Shown here piece by piece: positions 10,589 through 21,465 of a DNA stretch of 45,494 nucleotides. The notes below the pieces were generated by a model. That model had not been told where the DNA came from, ran no database searches, and was given only the letters and a program-made list of their open reading frames with translations. Numbering within the stretch: position 1 is the stretch's first letter; each line of letters begins with the position of its first letter. The stretch covers positions 1 through 45,494 of the forward strand of contig BJGS01000002.1 in NCBI GenBank assembly GCA_014190615.1. The letters run 5' to 3'. A program made the translations under genes and the position numbers. This DNA is from Methylophilaceae bacterium. Its GTDB lineage: Bacteria > Pseudomonadota > Gammaproteobacteria > Burkholderiales > Methylophilaceae.

Positions 10589-11866
10589 TTATTTTAATTG
10601 ATCATAAAGAAGTGAAATAATTCGATTCGCGGTGGAAGAATTATTTCTTTTGCCGTCTTGATATTCAATCACAACTTGAGAGCCACCATTGTCTAGAGAA
10701 ACAATTTTGATGCGATATTGTTTTTCTGGATTCGTTTTTTCTTTATCACTCCCGCCCCAGAATTTAAGCCTCTCAGATAAAGGCTTATCTTTAGTTTGAC
10801 TTGTGTCTTTATTTTGCTTATCTTTTTTATCGTCGTCACTCCAGAACATAAGAGAATCTAATACTCCTTTTTTCTTTTTAGGGCTGTCATCAATATCGAC
10901 ATCAGCATACTTTACAAAGTAGATCCCATTTGACCTATCTTTATCTTCAATAACAAAGCCAACAATATCCAGAGCCAAGCCAACTCTGCGCCACGCGCGG
11001 TCAAATGGATCTTGAATTTCGAGAAATGAGCTTCCATCTGCTTCTTTTTTAATCTCAGCTCTCTTTTGATTGACAGGGGTAGCAATAATCTCTTTCGCAC
11101 GCTTATCTGCTACACCAAGCCTTACCATTAACCTTCTTAAAATTTCGGCGTCCAGCTCATCATCTTTCGAATCTACTTTTTGTTCAGATTGAGTTTTTGT
11201 ATCATTTTTATATCCAGTATCTACATAACCATAAGGTGTCATCACTTTTTCTTTCCCACTATCAGTTGCATCCACACTGCGATGCGTCATATATATCTCA
11301 GTCGTACCTTCTTGAAGGCCACGGTCGAGACGTGTCCTAAATTTTTTACGATTTGCCGGTCCTGATGAAAGATCATCAAGCCATGCATCGAATCTATCAA
11401 TTCCAGCTTTCTTTCCTTCTTCAATATTGAGGTCGCCTTGCTTAATCCACTCAGTTTCCATTACTCCTGTTTCGGGATTTTCTTTTTTAACAGCAAACCC
11501 CATATCAAGCCAAAAATCTCTTATGACTGGCCAAATTTTTTCTGCAGGTGCATTAACGACAAGCCATCTTTGTGCACCCGCTTTTACAATCTTCATACCT
11601 TCTGGATTAGGTAAAATTTTTGACTGACCATTATCTTGTTTTTGGCCATTTTTAAAATCTGAATAGCTTGTCGAGCCTGGAATTGCATAACTGTCATTTG
11701 TGGTCGCTGATGTTAAATCTGGAGGTACTTCTAGTGGGCGAGATCTTCCTGTGGCTTTGTAATCAGGCTGAGTCACTTGATCCACAAAAGGAATACTGTC
11801 ACATCCATATAAAACTAAGAATAAAGGTAATGCGAAGAACCATTTACTTTTTGCTAGTAATTTCAT
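10589..11866 (-). CDS. bamC: Outer membrane protein assembly lipoprotein BamC (NlpB/DapX)
   Basis: Lipobox LYGC, LEVPPDL, QRWLVV, FDRAWRRVGLALD; overlaps the dapA stop. Confidence 0.9.
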   Translation of the reverse strand: MKLLAKSKWFFALPLFLVLYGCDSIPFVDQVTQPDYKATGRSRPLEVPPDLTSATTNDSYAIPGSTSYSDFKNGQKQDNGQSKILPNPEGMKIVKAGAQRWLVVNAPAEKIWPVIRDFWLDMGFAVKKENPETGVMETEWIKQGDLNIEEGKKAGIDRFDAWLDDLSSGPANRKKFRTRLDRGLQEGTTEIYMTHRSVDATDSGKEKVMTPYGYVDTGYKNDTKTQSEQKVDSKDDELDAEILRRLMVRLGVADKRAKEIIATPVNQKRAEIKKEADGSSFLEIQDPFDRAWRRVGLALDIVGFVIEDKDRSNGIYFVKYADVDIDDSPKKKKGVLDSLMFWSDDDKKDKQNKDTSQTKDKPLSERLKFWGGSDKEKTNPEKQYRIKIVSLDNGGSQVVIEYQDGKRNNSSTANRIISLLYDQLK

Positions 11867-12741
11867 TGAATATGGGCTTCCTTCATGGCAGTTTGTATAG
11901 TTTTATAATGTTCTGGGTTAAGTTCCACCAAAGGCAATCGAATACCTTCTTTGATAAGGCCCATGGTTTTGAGTGCCCATTTTACAGGGATTGGATTCGG
12001 CTCTATAAATAGATTAGTGTGAAGTGAAAATAATTGTTGGTTAATCTCAATTGCTTTTTCATTCTGTTTGGCCATGACACAAGCATACATTTCATGCATA
12101 AGTTTAGGGGCAACATTTGCGGTCACAGAAATGACGCCCGTGCCACCGAGTAACATAAAAGTTAAAGCGGTAGCATCATCTCCGCTTATGACTGAAAAAT
12201 GAGCTGGCAATCTTTTAATAAGATCAATCCCTCGGGTCAGATCTCCTGTGGCATCCTTAATACCCACAATATTAGGAATATCACTTAACTTTAATACTGT
12301 GTCATTTTTTAAATCGCAGCCCGTTCTGGAAGGAACGTTATAAAGAATTTGATCAATGGCGACCTCATTTGCAATCTTAGCGAAGTGTTGAAAAAGCCCG
12401 GCTTGATTGGGTTTATTATAATAAGGTGTTACTAATAAACATGCATCTGCGCCGAGGCGCTTAGCTTCTTTCGTGAGGTCGATAGCTTCTTGCGTAGAAT
12501 TCGCTCCTGTGCCGGCTATTACTGGAATTCGTTTCTTCACATGCTTAACAGTCGTTTCGATAAGCTGGCAATGTTCTTCACAATTTACGGTAGGCGATTC
12601 GCCTGTTGTGCCTACAATAACAATACCGTCTGTACCTTCCTCGACATGAAAATCAATCAAGCCATGAAGCGCTTGTATGTCAAGACTTCCGTCAGGAAAC
12701 ATAGGGGTAACAATTGCAACAATACTACCTTGAGGTGACAT
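11863..12741 (-). CDS. dapA: 4-hydroxy-tetrahydrodipicolinate synthase
   Basis: GTTGES, TPYYNKP, LYNVPSRTG, GIKDATG motifs. Confidence 0.97.
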   Translation of the reverse strand: MSPQGSIVAIVTPMFPDGSLDIQALHGLIDFHVEEGTDGIVIVGTTGESPTVNCEEHCQLIETTVKHVKKRIPVIAGTGANSTQEAIDLTKEAKRLGADACLLVTPYYNKPNQAGLFQHFAKIANEVAIDQILYNVPSRTGCDLKNDTVLKLSDIPNIVGIKDATGDLTRGIDLIKRLPAHFSVISGDDATALTFMLLGGTGVISVTANVAPKLMHEMYACVMAKQNEKAIEINQQLFSLHTNLFIEPNPIPVKWALKTMGLIKEGIRLPLVELNPEHYKTIQTAMKEAHIQ

Positions 12742-12980
12742 GAGATTGACTATTAATTTGTAAAGTCGCTATTTTAACTTAAATAGCTAAACACCAAAAA
12801 AATTGATCTCCCTATATATATTAAATAGTTATATTACTATAAAACATTATTCTTTGAAGATATATAGATTTATTGGTATATTTCAACTCTAAAAAAAACT
12901 TAGTCGCGAATTAGAAGTCACATGCAGAGAACTTTAGCGTCAGGAACTTTTCGACAATTTTAAACGTATAATTTAACTTT

Positions 12981-13562
12981 ATGATTCAACATTACTTCTT
13001 AATCATCATCAGCACTGTATTAGTTAATAATATTGTGCTTGTAAAAATACTAGGGCTCTGTCCTTTTATGGGAGTATCTAAGAAGCTTGAAACTTCAATC
13101 AGTATGTCAGCGGCCACCGCTTTTGTACTGACCATAGGATCAATGACAAGCTGGGCTATTAGTCACTATTTGCTTGAGCCCAATGACCTTGTTTATTTAA
13201 GAACACTTTCATTTATTGTGGTCATCGCAGGCGTTGTTCAATTTACTGAGATGATCATGGAAAAAAACTTTCCATTACTCCATCAACTCTTAGGTATTTT
13301 TCTTCCTCTAATTACCACTAATTGCGCTGTATTGGGCATTCCACTCTTAAATGCCCAATCAAGTCATACCCTTATCGAATCAGCTCTATTTGGCTTTGGG
13401 GGTGGTATCGGCTTTTCAATAGTGCTCATTTTATTTGCATCATTGAGAGAGCGTTTAGAGGGCGCTGAAATACCTACTCCTTTCAAAGGTGCTGCTATAG
13501 CACTTGTTACGGCATCCATTATGAGTCTTGCCTTTATGGGTTTCGCAGGTTTGGATCGCTAA
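12981..13562 (+). CDS. rnfA: Rnf/Rsx electron transport complex subunit A
   Basis: [12 protein letters not shown] and [12 protein letters not shown]. Confidence 0.95.
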   Translation: MIQHYFLIIISTVLVNNIVLVKILGLCPFMGVSKKLETSISMSAATAFVLTIGSMTSWAISHYLLEPNDLVYLRTLSFIVVIAGVVQFTEMIMEKNFPLLHQLLGIFLPLITTNCAVLGIPLLNAQSSHTLIESALFGFGGGIGFSIVLILFASLRERLEGAEIPTPFKGAAIALVTASIMSLAFMGFAGLDR

Positions 13563-14119
13563 TGATTACAGCGCTCCTAGTCATGATTTTTCTCGCTGTT
13601 GTCTTAGGGCTAGTCTTAGGTTATTCGGCGATTAAATTTAAGGTAGATGGCGACCCTATGGTTGCAAGAATTGACGCCATACTTCCCCAAACACAATGTG
13701 GTCAATGTGGCTATCCAGGTTGTAAGCCCTATGCAACCGCCATTGCTAAAGGTGAAGCTGATATTAATCAATGTCCGCCAGGAGGGGATGCTGGTGCTAA
13801 AGCGCTAGCGGAGCTTATGGGTATGGAATTTAAACCACTTAATCAAGAACATGGCGAACAAAAACCAAGAGCAGTGGCCTTAATTGATGAGTCTACTTGC
13901 ATTGGCTGTACTTTGTGTATTCAAGCGTGTCCAGTAGATGCTATTTTAGGTGCTGCAAAACAAATGCATACCATCATTGCGAGCGAATGCACGGGTTGCG
14001 AATTGTGTTTACCTCCATGCCCTGTCGACTGCATCACTATGGAGCCTGTCCTTGAGAACTCACAATCGTGGAAATGGAAATATCCTGTCTACAACATTCA
14101 AAACGTTAGTAAAGCCTAA
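13562..14119 (+). CDS. rnfB: Rnf/Rsx subunit B (ferredoxin-type Fe-S)
   Basis: [38 protein letters not shown]. Confidence 0.95.
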   Translation: MITALLVMIFLAVVLGLVLGYSAIKFKVDGDPMVARIDAILPQTQCGQCGYPGCKPYATAIAKGEADINQCPPGGDAGAKALAELMGMEFKPLNQEHGEQKPRAVALIDESTCIGCTLCIQACPVDAILGAAKQMHTIIASECTGCELCLPPCPVDCITMEPVLENSQSWKWKYPVYNIQNVSKA

Positions 14120-14123
14120 ATAT

Positions 14124-15647
14124 ATGGAATTAAAAAATATTTTTAAATTTAACGGTGGTGTTCACCCCAATGAAAATAAATCGCTATCATCAAGCTTACC
14201 TATTGCAAGATTGCCTATTCCAAAAACATTAGTACTCCCTTTAAGGCAGCATGTAGGTCATGTTGCGAAACTTAAGGTTAAGGTAGGTGATCAAGTTCTT
14301 AAAGGTCAAATCATAGCTGAGGCTGACGGCAATATCTCGGCAGCTATTCATGCGCCAACATCAGGAACAATTTTAAAGATCAGTGAAGAAATTATTCCTC
14401 ATCCATCAGGTCTTCCTGATTTTTGTGTCACGATAGAGTCTGATCTAAAAGATAAGTGGATTGAAAAAAAACCTATTGCGTGGAAAAAATTAGATAGCGC
14501 TGCTTTAATTGAAGCGATCTCTAGTTCAGGTATCGTAGGTTTAGGTGGTGCAGTTTTTCCATCACATATGAAATTGAAAGTAAATCAAAACCAATCTATC
14601 GAAACTTTAGTTATTAATGCTGCAGAATGCGAACCCTTTATTACTTGTGATGACATGTTTATGAGGGAAACAGCTGATGAAATTATTCAAGGCACCCTTA
14701 TTGCCCAAACTATTCTTCAAGCAAAACAATGTGTGATTGGTATAGAAGATAACAAAATAGAGGCTTATCAAGCCTTAAAAAAAGCTGCACAAAAAACATC
14801 GATTGAAATAAAAATTGTCCCAACTCTTTATCCAAGTGGCGATGCAAAAAGACTCATTTACCTTCTTATGGGTATTGAAGTTCCAAAGGAAAAACGTTCA
14901 GTGGATTTAGGTATTCAAGTATTTAATGTGGCAACAGTTGCGGCCATTTATAGATATCTCGAATTAGGTGAGCCATCTATCAGTCGTATTGTTACTATTA
15001 CGGGTAATGTACAAAATCCTCAAAACTATGAAGCGCTATTCGGAACACCTTTATCAGAATTAATTGAGGCCGCAGGTGGAAAATTAAATAAAACACAAAA
15101 ATTTATTATGGGCGGTCCTATGATGGGTTTTGATTTACCATCTATTAATGTGCCAGTGACTAAAGCCATGAATTGTGTGATTGAAAGCTCTCCAGAATTA
15201 TTTCCTTCTCCAAAACCTGTCATGCCTTGTATCCGATGTGCTCGATGTGCCGATGCATGCCCTGTCAACTTGCAGCCTCAAGAATTATACTGGTTCTCAA
15301 AATCATCACAACTTGAAAAGGCTAAAGATTACAATTTGTTTGATTGTATTGAATGTGGATGCTGTACTTATGTTTGTCCAAGCAACATTCCTCTTGTGCA
15401 GTTTTATAGGTATGCGAAAAGTGAGATCATTGCTCAAGATAAAGCAAAAGAAGCTGCTAATACTGCTCGAGAAAGAAATGAATCAAGACTAGCTAGAATA
15501 GAAAGAGAGAAAAAAGAGCGCGCTGAAAAGCATGCACAAAAGGCTTTAGGTGCTCAAGAAAAAAATTCAGACGATGAAAAAAAACTGACGATTGCTGCTG
15601 CTATGGAAAGAGTTAAACAAACCCAACAAGAAAATATAAAAAATTAA
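14124..15647 (+). CDS. rnfC: Rnf/Rsx subunit C
   Basis: FNGGVHP, GLGGAVFP, INAAECEPFITCDD, two CxxCxxCxxxCP clusters. True start likely ATG 14124, just after the rnfB stop. Confidence 0.95.
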   Translation: MELKNIFKFNGGVHPNENKSLSSSLPIARLPIPKTLVLPLRQHVGHVAKLKVKVGDQVLKGQIIAEADGNISAAIHAPTSGTILKISEEIIPHPSGLPDFCVTIESDLKDKWIEKKPIAWKKLDSAALIEAISSSGIVGLGGAVFPSHMKLKVNQNQSIETLVINAAECEPFITCDDMFMRETADEIIQGTLIAQTILQAKQCVIGIEDNKIEAYQALKKAAQKTSIEIKIVPTLYPSGDAKRLIYLLMGIEVPKEKRSVDLGIQVFNVATVAAIYRYLELGEPSISRIVTITGNVQNPQNYEALFGTPLSELIEAAGGKLNKTQKFIMGGPMMGFDLPSINVPVTKAMNCVIESSPELFPSPKPVMPCIRCARCADACPVNLQPQELYWFSKSSQLEKAKDYNLFDCIECGCCTYVCPSNIPLVQFYRYAKSEIIAQDKAKEAANTARERNESRLARIEREKKERAEKHAQKALGAQEKNSDDEKKLTIAAAMERVKQTQQENIKN

Positions 15648-15648
15648 T

Positions 15649-16668
15649 ATGGATAACAGATCACCTTATATTGCAGATGCTCCCTCAGTCAGCGTCATTA
15701 TGTTTAAAGTTTTGCTCGCTTTAATTCCAGGTATTGCTTTATATGTCTATGTATTCGGACTGGGTGTGATTGTGAATATCATTTTAGCGTCAATCACTGT
15801 GGTATTAGCTGAAAGCACTATTCTTGCAATAAGGAAGTTACCTATCAAACCATTTATTTTGGACGGCAGCGGTCTGGTAGCTGCATGGCTCCTTGCCGTA
15901 TCTATCCCATCGATCGCACCTTGGTGGATTATTGTTATAGGGACGCTCCTTTGTATCACCTTTGGTAAACATATTTATGGGGGGCTTGGTTACAACTTAT
16001 TTAATCCAGCTATGGTGGGGTATGCCATTTTGCTTATCTCTTTCCCATCGATTATGACGCACTGGCAAATACCTATAAATCTTATGGAGAACCATATTGA
16101 ATGGCTTGATCAAATCAAAATTGTTATGAATAGCCATTTATTATCAAAAGAAACAATCGACGCTATGAGCTCTGCAACGCCACTTGATTATATAAAGACC
16201 CAGCTCACGTTAAATCAGCCATTAAATATCATTCAGCAGAATAAAATATTTGGCTTTCTTGGAGGGAAAGGTTTGGATTTAGTGAATCTAGGCTATCTTG
16301 TAGGAGGTCTTTATATGCTTAAAGAAAAAATTATTTCATGGCATTTACCTGTTGCATTCTTAGCAAGCTTATTTTTTATAGCATTAATATTTTATAGTAT
16401 TGCGCCCGATACGTATGCCTCACCTCTCTTTCATATCATGAGTGGTGGAAGCATACTCTGTGCTTTTTTTATTATTACGGATCCTGTAAGTGGTCCTACA
16501 ACCCCCAAAGGAAAAATATATTTTGGTATTGCAATAGGGTTATTGGTCTTCATTATTCGAATTTTTGGTGGTTATCCAGAAGGCGTTGCTTTTGCTGTAT
16601 TACTTATGAATATTTTTGTGCCCCTAATAGACAGCCTTACTCAACCAAGAATTTTTGGTCATAAATAA
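15649..16668 (+). CDS. rnfD: Rnf/Rsx subunit D
   Basis: GKHIYGGLGYNLFNPAMVG, FMN site SSATPL, FIITDPVS. Confidence 0.95.
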   Translation: MDNRSPYIADAPSVSVIMFKVLLALIPGIALYVYVFGLGVIVNIILASITVVLAESTILAIRKLPIKPFILDGSGLVAAWLLAVSIPSIAPWWIIVIGTLLCITFGKHIYGGLGYNLFNPAMVGYAILLISFPSIMTHWQIPINLMENHIEWLDQIKIVMNSHLLSKETIDAMSSATPLDYIKTQLTLNQPLNIIQQNKIFGFLGGKGLDLVNLGYLVGGLYMLKEKIISWHLPVAFLASLFFIALIFYSIAPDTYASPLFHIMSGGSILCAFFIITDPVSGPTTPKGKIYFGIAIGLLVFIIRIFGGYPEGVAFAVLLMNIFVPLIDSLTQPRIFGHK

Positions 16669-16672
16669 CTGT

Positions 16673-17296
16673 ATGTTTAAAGATCACTTTAAAAAAGTTT
16701 CAATCACTGCTACAGCCATGATTATTTTTTCATTACTTGCTTCAACTGCATTAAGCATTTCTTATTTCGTCACAAAAACGCCCATTGAGGAAAGTGATGC
16801 AAAAGCAAAGCGTACATTTTTAAATCAAGTAATTCCGTCTAATCTTTATGATAATAATTTAGTAAAAGATACGATTTCCGTAGAACCTAGTCCCCTTATA
16901 GGCAATAAAAAAAACATCGATGTCTATCGTGCTAAAAAAAATAATCAAGTTATTGCGGTAATTATTGAAACGATAGCGCCTGACGGTTATAGTGGCGAAA
17001 TAAAAACGCTTGTGGGTATTGATCGCGAAGATAAAATACTCGGTGTGAGAGTTATTATTCATAAAGAAACTCCTGGATTAGGTGATTATATTGAAATCGA
17101 AAAGAGTCAGTGGATTAAGAATTTTGATCTTAAGTCTTTAGGCAAGATGACAGAAAAAGAATGGGCGGTAAAAAAAGATGGTGGTAGTTTCGACTACGTA
17201 TCCGGGGCCACAATTACATCTCGAGCAGTCATTAAATCTACTTACAAAAGTCTTCTTTATGTCAAAGAAAATAAAAAAAGGTTATTTTCATCATGA
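16673..17296 (+). CDS. rnfG: Rnf/Rsx subunit G
   Basis: PDGYSGEI, HKETPGLGD, FMN site SGATITS; in-frame ATG at 16673. Confidence 0.93.
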   Translation: MFKDHFKKVSITATAMIIFSLLASTALSISYFVTKTPIEESDAKAKRTFLNQVIPSNLYDNNLVKDTISVEPSPLIGNKKNIDVYRAKKNNQVIAVIIETIAPDGYSGEIKTLVGIDREDKILGVRVIIHKETPGLGDYIEIEKSQWIKNFDLKSLGKMTEKEWAVKKDGGSFDYVSGATITSRAVIKSTYKSLLYVKENKKRLFSS

Positions 17297-17922
17297 GTAA
17301 AATTAAAGGAATTGCATTAGATGGATTTTGGAAACAAAACCCTGGAGTCGTTCAGCTTCTTGGGTTATGTCCAACACTTGCAGTAACAACTTCTGTCATC
17401 AACGGCTTGAGTCTTGGTATTGCCACTGCAATCGTCATGGCGCTATCAAATGCTTCTGTATCTCCCATTAGAAAATTTATACCTACAGAAATTAGAGTCC
17501 CTGTTTTTATTCTTATCATTGCGGCACTTGTGACAATCATTGATTTTAGTATTCATGCATTTATTCAGCCACTTTATAAAGCCTTAGGCATTTTTATTCC
17601 CCTGATTGTTACGAATTGTATTGTGCTAGCTCGCGTTGAATCTTTTGCAGCGAAAAATAAAACAACACCCTCTTTCTTCGATGGCCTTTTTATGGGCCTT
17701 GGTTTAGCAGTTGTTCTAGCCATGCTTGGCGCAATAAGAGAGCTCTTTGGTAAAGGCACTTTGTTATCCGGCATTGATCTTATCTTGGGTCCGTCAGCAA
17801 ATAACCTTGTCTTGCATTTCTTTGGTGACTACCAAGGATTTCTATTAGCAATACTTCCCCCAGGAGCCTTTATTAGTTTAGCTTGCCTCATTGCATTAAA
17901 AAATCATATCGAAGCACGTTAA
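17293..17922 (+). CDS. rnfE: Rnf/Rsx subunit E
   Basis: LLGLCPTLAVT, IPLIVTNC, ILPPGAF. Confidence 0.95.
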   Translation: MSKIKGIALDGFWKQNPGVVQLLGLCPTLAVTTSVINGLSLGIATAIVMALSNASVSPIRKFIPTEIRVPVFILIIAALVTIIDFSIHAFIQPLYKALGIFIPLIVTNCIVLARVESFAAKNKTTPSFFDGLFMGLGLAVVLAMLGAIRELFGKGTLLSGIDLILGPSANNLVLHFFGDYQGFLLAILPPGAFISLACLIALKNHIEAR

Positions 17923-17934
17923 TTAGGTTCCCCT

Positions 17935-18570
17935 TTGAATCCTCAAAAGCGATTTAAGATTTTTGAAGCGCTATCGAATGTAACGCCAAATCCTACAACT
18001 GAACTTATCTATCAAAATCCGTTTCAGCTTCTCATCGCAGTCATATTATCTGCTCAAGCTACAGACAAATCAGTAAATAAAGCAACGTTTTTGTTATTCA
18101 ATAAAGCCCCTAACGCAGAAAAGCTTTCTCAGATGAAGTTGAGTGCTATTGAATCTTTTATAAAAACAATTGGCTTATATAAAACCAAAGCAAAAAATAT
18201 ACTCGAAACAGCGAAAATTATTCATACTCAATATAAGGGGATTGTGCCAAAAGAGAGGATTTTTCTTGAAGCTCTTCCTGGCGTGGGAAGAAAAACGGCT
18301 AATGTTATTCTAAATACTATCTTTAATGAGCCCGCAATAGCTGTCGATACTCATATTTTTAGAATTGCAAATCGCATCAATCTAGCGCCTGGAGAAACGG
18401 TGCTTCAGGTAGAAAAAAAATTAATGAAATCAACACCAGAAGTATTCTTGAAAAATGCTCACCATTTATTGATTCTTCATGGAAGATATATTTGCACTGC
18501 GAGAAAACCAAAATGCGCACAGTGCGTCATTTATGATTTATGTGAATATAAGAAAAAGAGCTTGGTCTAG
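17935..18570 (+). CDS. nth: Endonuclease III
   Basis: LSAQATD, HhH LPGVGRKTA, VDTH, C-terminal CTARKPKCAQCVIYDLC Fe-S motif. TTG start; usual position after rnfE. Confidence 0.96.
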   Translation: MNPQKRFKIFEALSNVTPNPTTELIYQNPFQLLIAVILSAQATDKSVNKATFLLFNKAPNAEKLSQMKLSAIESFIKTIGLYKTKAKNILETAKIIHTQYKGIVPKERIFLEALPGVGRKTANVILNTIFNEPAIAVDTHIFRIANRINLAPGETVLQVEKKLMKSTPEVFLKNAHHLLILHGRYICTARKPKCAQCVIYDLCEYKKKSLV

Positions 18571-18740
18571 AAAGAGATTAGATCGATCTGTCTTTGAATA
18601 GTGAGTTGGATAACCTCTTTTTTTTGAGTGTCGCTCAATGCTATCCATTCAGTAATTTCTTCTTTGCTTCTGAAGCAACCATTACAGAAATTATGCTCAT
18701 CATTAATAAAACAGACGCCGATACAGGGTGATTCAATCAA
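18567..18740 (-). CDS. DUF1289 family Cys-rich putative Fe-S protein, 57 aa (not in ORF track)
   Basis: Manual translation (TTG start) MIESPCIGVCFINDEHNFCNGCFRSKEEITEWIALSDTQKKEVIQLTIQRQIDLISF*, matching the SPCxxxC...CxGCxRxxxEIxxW pattern; fills the nth-secA gap. Confidence 0.85.
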   Translation of the reverse strand: MIESPCIGVCFINDEHNFCNGCFRSKEEITEWIALSDTQKKEVIQLTIQRQIDLISF

Positions 18741-18759
18741 AATTATTCTCTTCTTTCAA

Positions 18760-21429
18760 TTATTCTAAACTGCCATGGCAATGTTTATATTTTTTATTAC
18801 TTCCACATGGGCATAGATCATTTCTACCAACTTTAGGTAAAATTTCTTCTGCAGCATTTTTTTTTATGGATGACTTTTTTACTTCATCTTTATTTTTTTT
18901 ATCAATCTCGTCGACTTCTGCTTCATTTTTTATTTTAACCACCATAGTAATACGCGTAACTTCAGTTTTTACAGTATCTAAAAGATAGCCAAATAATTCA
19001 AAAGCTTCTTTTTTGTATTCTTGTTTTGGATTTTTTTGAGCGTATGAACGTAAATGGATGCCTTGTCTTAAATGATCAAGTGAAGACAAATGCTCTCTCC
19101 AGTGATGATCGATACTTTGTAACATCACCGTCTTTTCAAAATGTCGAATCACGTCTTTACCTACTAATGATTCTTTTTCTTGGTATAGCTTATTAGCTAT
19201 TGTAATCACGCGTTCATAGATTTCTTCTATATCAATCTGAGGCTCTTTATCTACCCATGCCTTAATAGACAAACTTAAGCCATAATCAGAGAATAAAATC
19301 TTTTCTAGAGATGAAATATCCCACATATCTTCCATGCTGCCTGGCGGTATATGGCTTTGCATAAGACCTCGAATCACATCCCCCCTCATTGCCGAAATGG
19401 TTTCACTTGTTTGATCAGAATCAAGTAATTCATTTCTTTGCTCATAAATCACTTTTCTTTGATCATTTGAAACATCATCGTATTCAAGAAGTTGTTTTCT
19501 AATATCAAAATTTCGACCTTCAACTTTCCTTTGTGCATTTTCAATAGCCTTCGTAACCCATGAATGCTCAATCGCTTCACCTTCAGGCATTTTTAATTTT
19601 TCCATAATGGCTGACACTCGGTCAGAAGCAAATATTCTTAATAGTGAGTCTTCGAGTGATAAGTAAAAGCGACTTGAGCCTGGATCACCCTGTCTGCCTG
19701 CACGACCTCGTAATTGATTATCTACGCGCCGAGATTCATGTCTCTCAGTACCAATAATATGAAGGCCGCCTGCTTTAACAACCAAACCGCCTTGTTCTTT
19801 CCATGTTTCTTTAATCATTTTAATTTCTTTTTCTTTTTTGCTTTCGGTCAGTTTGTCATTCAACTTAATTTCATGAATATCAGCTTCAATACTGCCACCA
19901 AGCACAATATCTGTTCCGCGTCCCGCCATATTTGTTGCAATCGTAATCATCCCTGGACGACCAGCTTGCGCAATAATATGCGCTTCTTTTTCATGATGTT
20001 TAGCATTCAATACCTGATGTTTTAATTTTGCTTTTGTAAGTAATTCAGAAATAAGTTCTGAATTTTCAATTGAAGTTGTACCCACAAGAACGGGTTGATC
20101 TTCTTTTTGACATACTTTAATGTCTTCAATCACTGCCTCATATCGCTCTTGTGAAGTGCGATAGACTTTATCCATCATATCTTTTCTTTGCGTCATACGA
20201 TGAGGAGGAATAATAATCGTCTCTAAACCATAAATTTGGTTAAATTCGTAGGCTTCAGTATCTGCAGTCCCTGTCATGCCAGATAATTTTTGATACATCC
20301 TAAAATAATTTTGGAAGGTAATCGATGCTAATGTTTGATTTTCTTTTTGTATCTCAACACCTTCTTTAGCTTCGACAGCTTGGTGAATGCCTTCTGACCA
20401 TCTCCGACCAGGCATCATTCTTCCGGTGAACTCATCCACAATGATGATGCTATTGTCTTTTACGACATAGTGTTGATCTTTATTGAAAAGATTCCGTGCT
20501 TTTAAGGATGCGTTGATGTGGTGCACAAGTGAAATATTTGTAGCATCATATAAGCTCGACTGTTCTGACAAAAGCCCTGCCTTGATCAATAGTTTTTCAA
20601 CATTTTCATGGCCATTTTCTGAAAGAACCACTTGATGTGCTTTTTCGTCAACCCAGTAATCACCAGTTTCTTCTTCAGTTTTTTGTCTTGAAAGCTTGCC
20701 GACGATGACATTAATTTTAGTATAAAGATCGACATTGTCTTCAGCTTGCCCAGAAATGATGAGGGGCGTTCTTGCTTCGTCAATCAATATAGAATCTACT
20801 TCATCGACTAAACCATAATGTAATTTTCTTTGGACTCGCTCTTCTTTAGAGAAGATCATGTTATCTCTCAGATAATCAAAGCCAAACTCATTGTTCGTTC
20901 CATATGTAATATCGGCTTCATAGGCTTTTTTCTTCTCGTCGCCTGAAATGTTAGATAAATTAATACCTACCTCTAACCCTAAGAACCTATAAATCTGACC
21001 CATCCACTCTGCGTCTCGTTTTGCAAGATAATCATTCACAGTAATCACGTGAACACCTTTACCTTCAAGTGCGTTTAAATAAGTGGGTAATGTTGCAACA
21101 AGCGTTTTACCCTCGCCGGTTCGCATTTCTGAAATTTTTCCATTATGAAGTGCCATGCCACCAACTAGCTGTACATCAAAATGACGCATTTCTAATACGC
21201 GTCGACTTACTTCTCTCACAACGGCAAAAGCTTCAACTAATAAATCATCAAGCGCTTGTCCTTGCTTAAGGCGATTTTTAAATTCTGTAGTTTTGGCTTT
21301 TAGTGCTGAATCGCTAAGTTTCTTTGTAGCATCTTCAAGCGCATTTATTTGTTGGACTTTTTTGCCGTATTCTTTTAGCAGCCTGTCGTTTCTACTTCCA
21401 AATAAATTATTAACAATGGTCTTTAACAT
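18760..21429 (-). CDS. secA: Preprotein translocase ATPase SecA
   Basis: [34 protein letters not shown]-terminal SEC-C motif [14 protein letters not shown]. Confidence 0.98.
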   Translation of the reverse strand: MLKTIVNNLFGSRNDRLLKEYGKKVQQINALEDATKKLSDSALKAKTTEFKNRLKQGQALDDLLVEAFAVVREVSRRVLEMRHFDVQLVGGMALHNGKISEMRTGEGKTLVATLPTYLNALEGKGVHVITVNDYLAKRDAEWMGQIYRFLGLEVGINLSNISGDEKKKAYEADITYGTNNEFGFDYLRDNMIFSKEERVQRKLHYGLVDEVDSILIDEARTPLIISGQAEDNVDLYTKINVIVGKLSRQKTEEETGDYWVDEKAHQVVLSENGHENVEKLLIKAGLLSEQSSLYDATNISLVHHINASLKARNLFNKDQHYVVKDNSIIIVDEFTGRMMPGRRWSEGIHQAVEAKEGVEIQKENQTLASITFQNYFRMYQKLSGMTGTADTEAYEFNQIYGLETIIIPPHRMTQRKDMMDKVYRTSQERYEAVIEDIKVCQKEDQPVLVGTTSIENSELISELLTKAKLKHQVLNAKHHEKEAHIIAQAGRPGMITIATNMAGRGTDIVLGGSIEADIHEIKLNDKLTESKKEKEIKMIKETWKEQGGLVVKAGGLHIIGTERHESRRVDNQLRGRAGRQGDPGSSRFYLSLEDSLLRIFASDRVSAIMEKLKMPEGEAIEHSWVTKAIENAQRKVEGRNFDIRKQLLEYDDVSNDQRKVIYEQRNELLDSDQTSETISAMRGDVIRGLMQSHIPPGSMEDMWDISSLEKILFSDYGLSLSIKAWVDKEPQIDIEEIYERVITIANKLYQEKESLVGKDVIRHFEKTVMLQSIDHHWREHLSSLDHLRQGIHLRSYAQKNPKQEYKKEAFELFGYLLDTVKTEVTRITMVVKIKNEAEVDEIDKKNKDEVKKSSIKKNAAEEILPKVGRNDLCPCGSNKKYKHCHGSLE

Positions 21430-21465
21430 AATATGAATATTCTTAATCGAGAGTGTTTGAAATAA

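Noticed and set aside
18728-18988. 86-aa plus-strand ORF
   Set aside because: Antisense to the secA 3' end; Phe/Ser-rich mirror of Lys/Glu codons.
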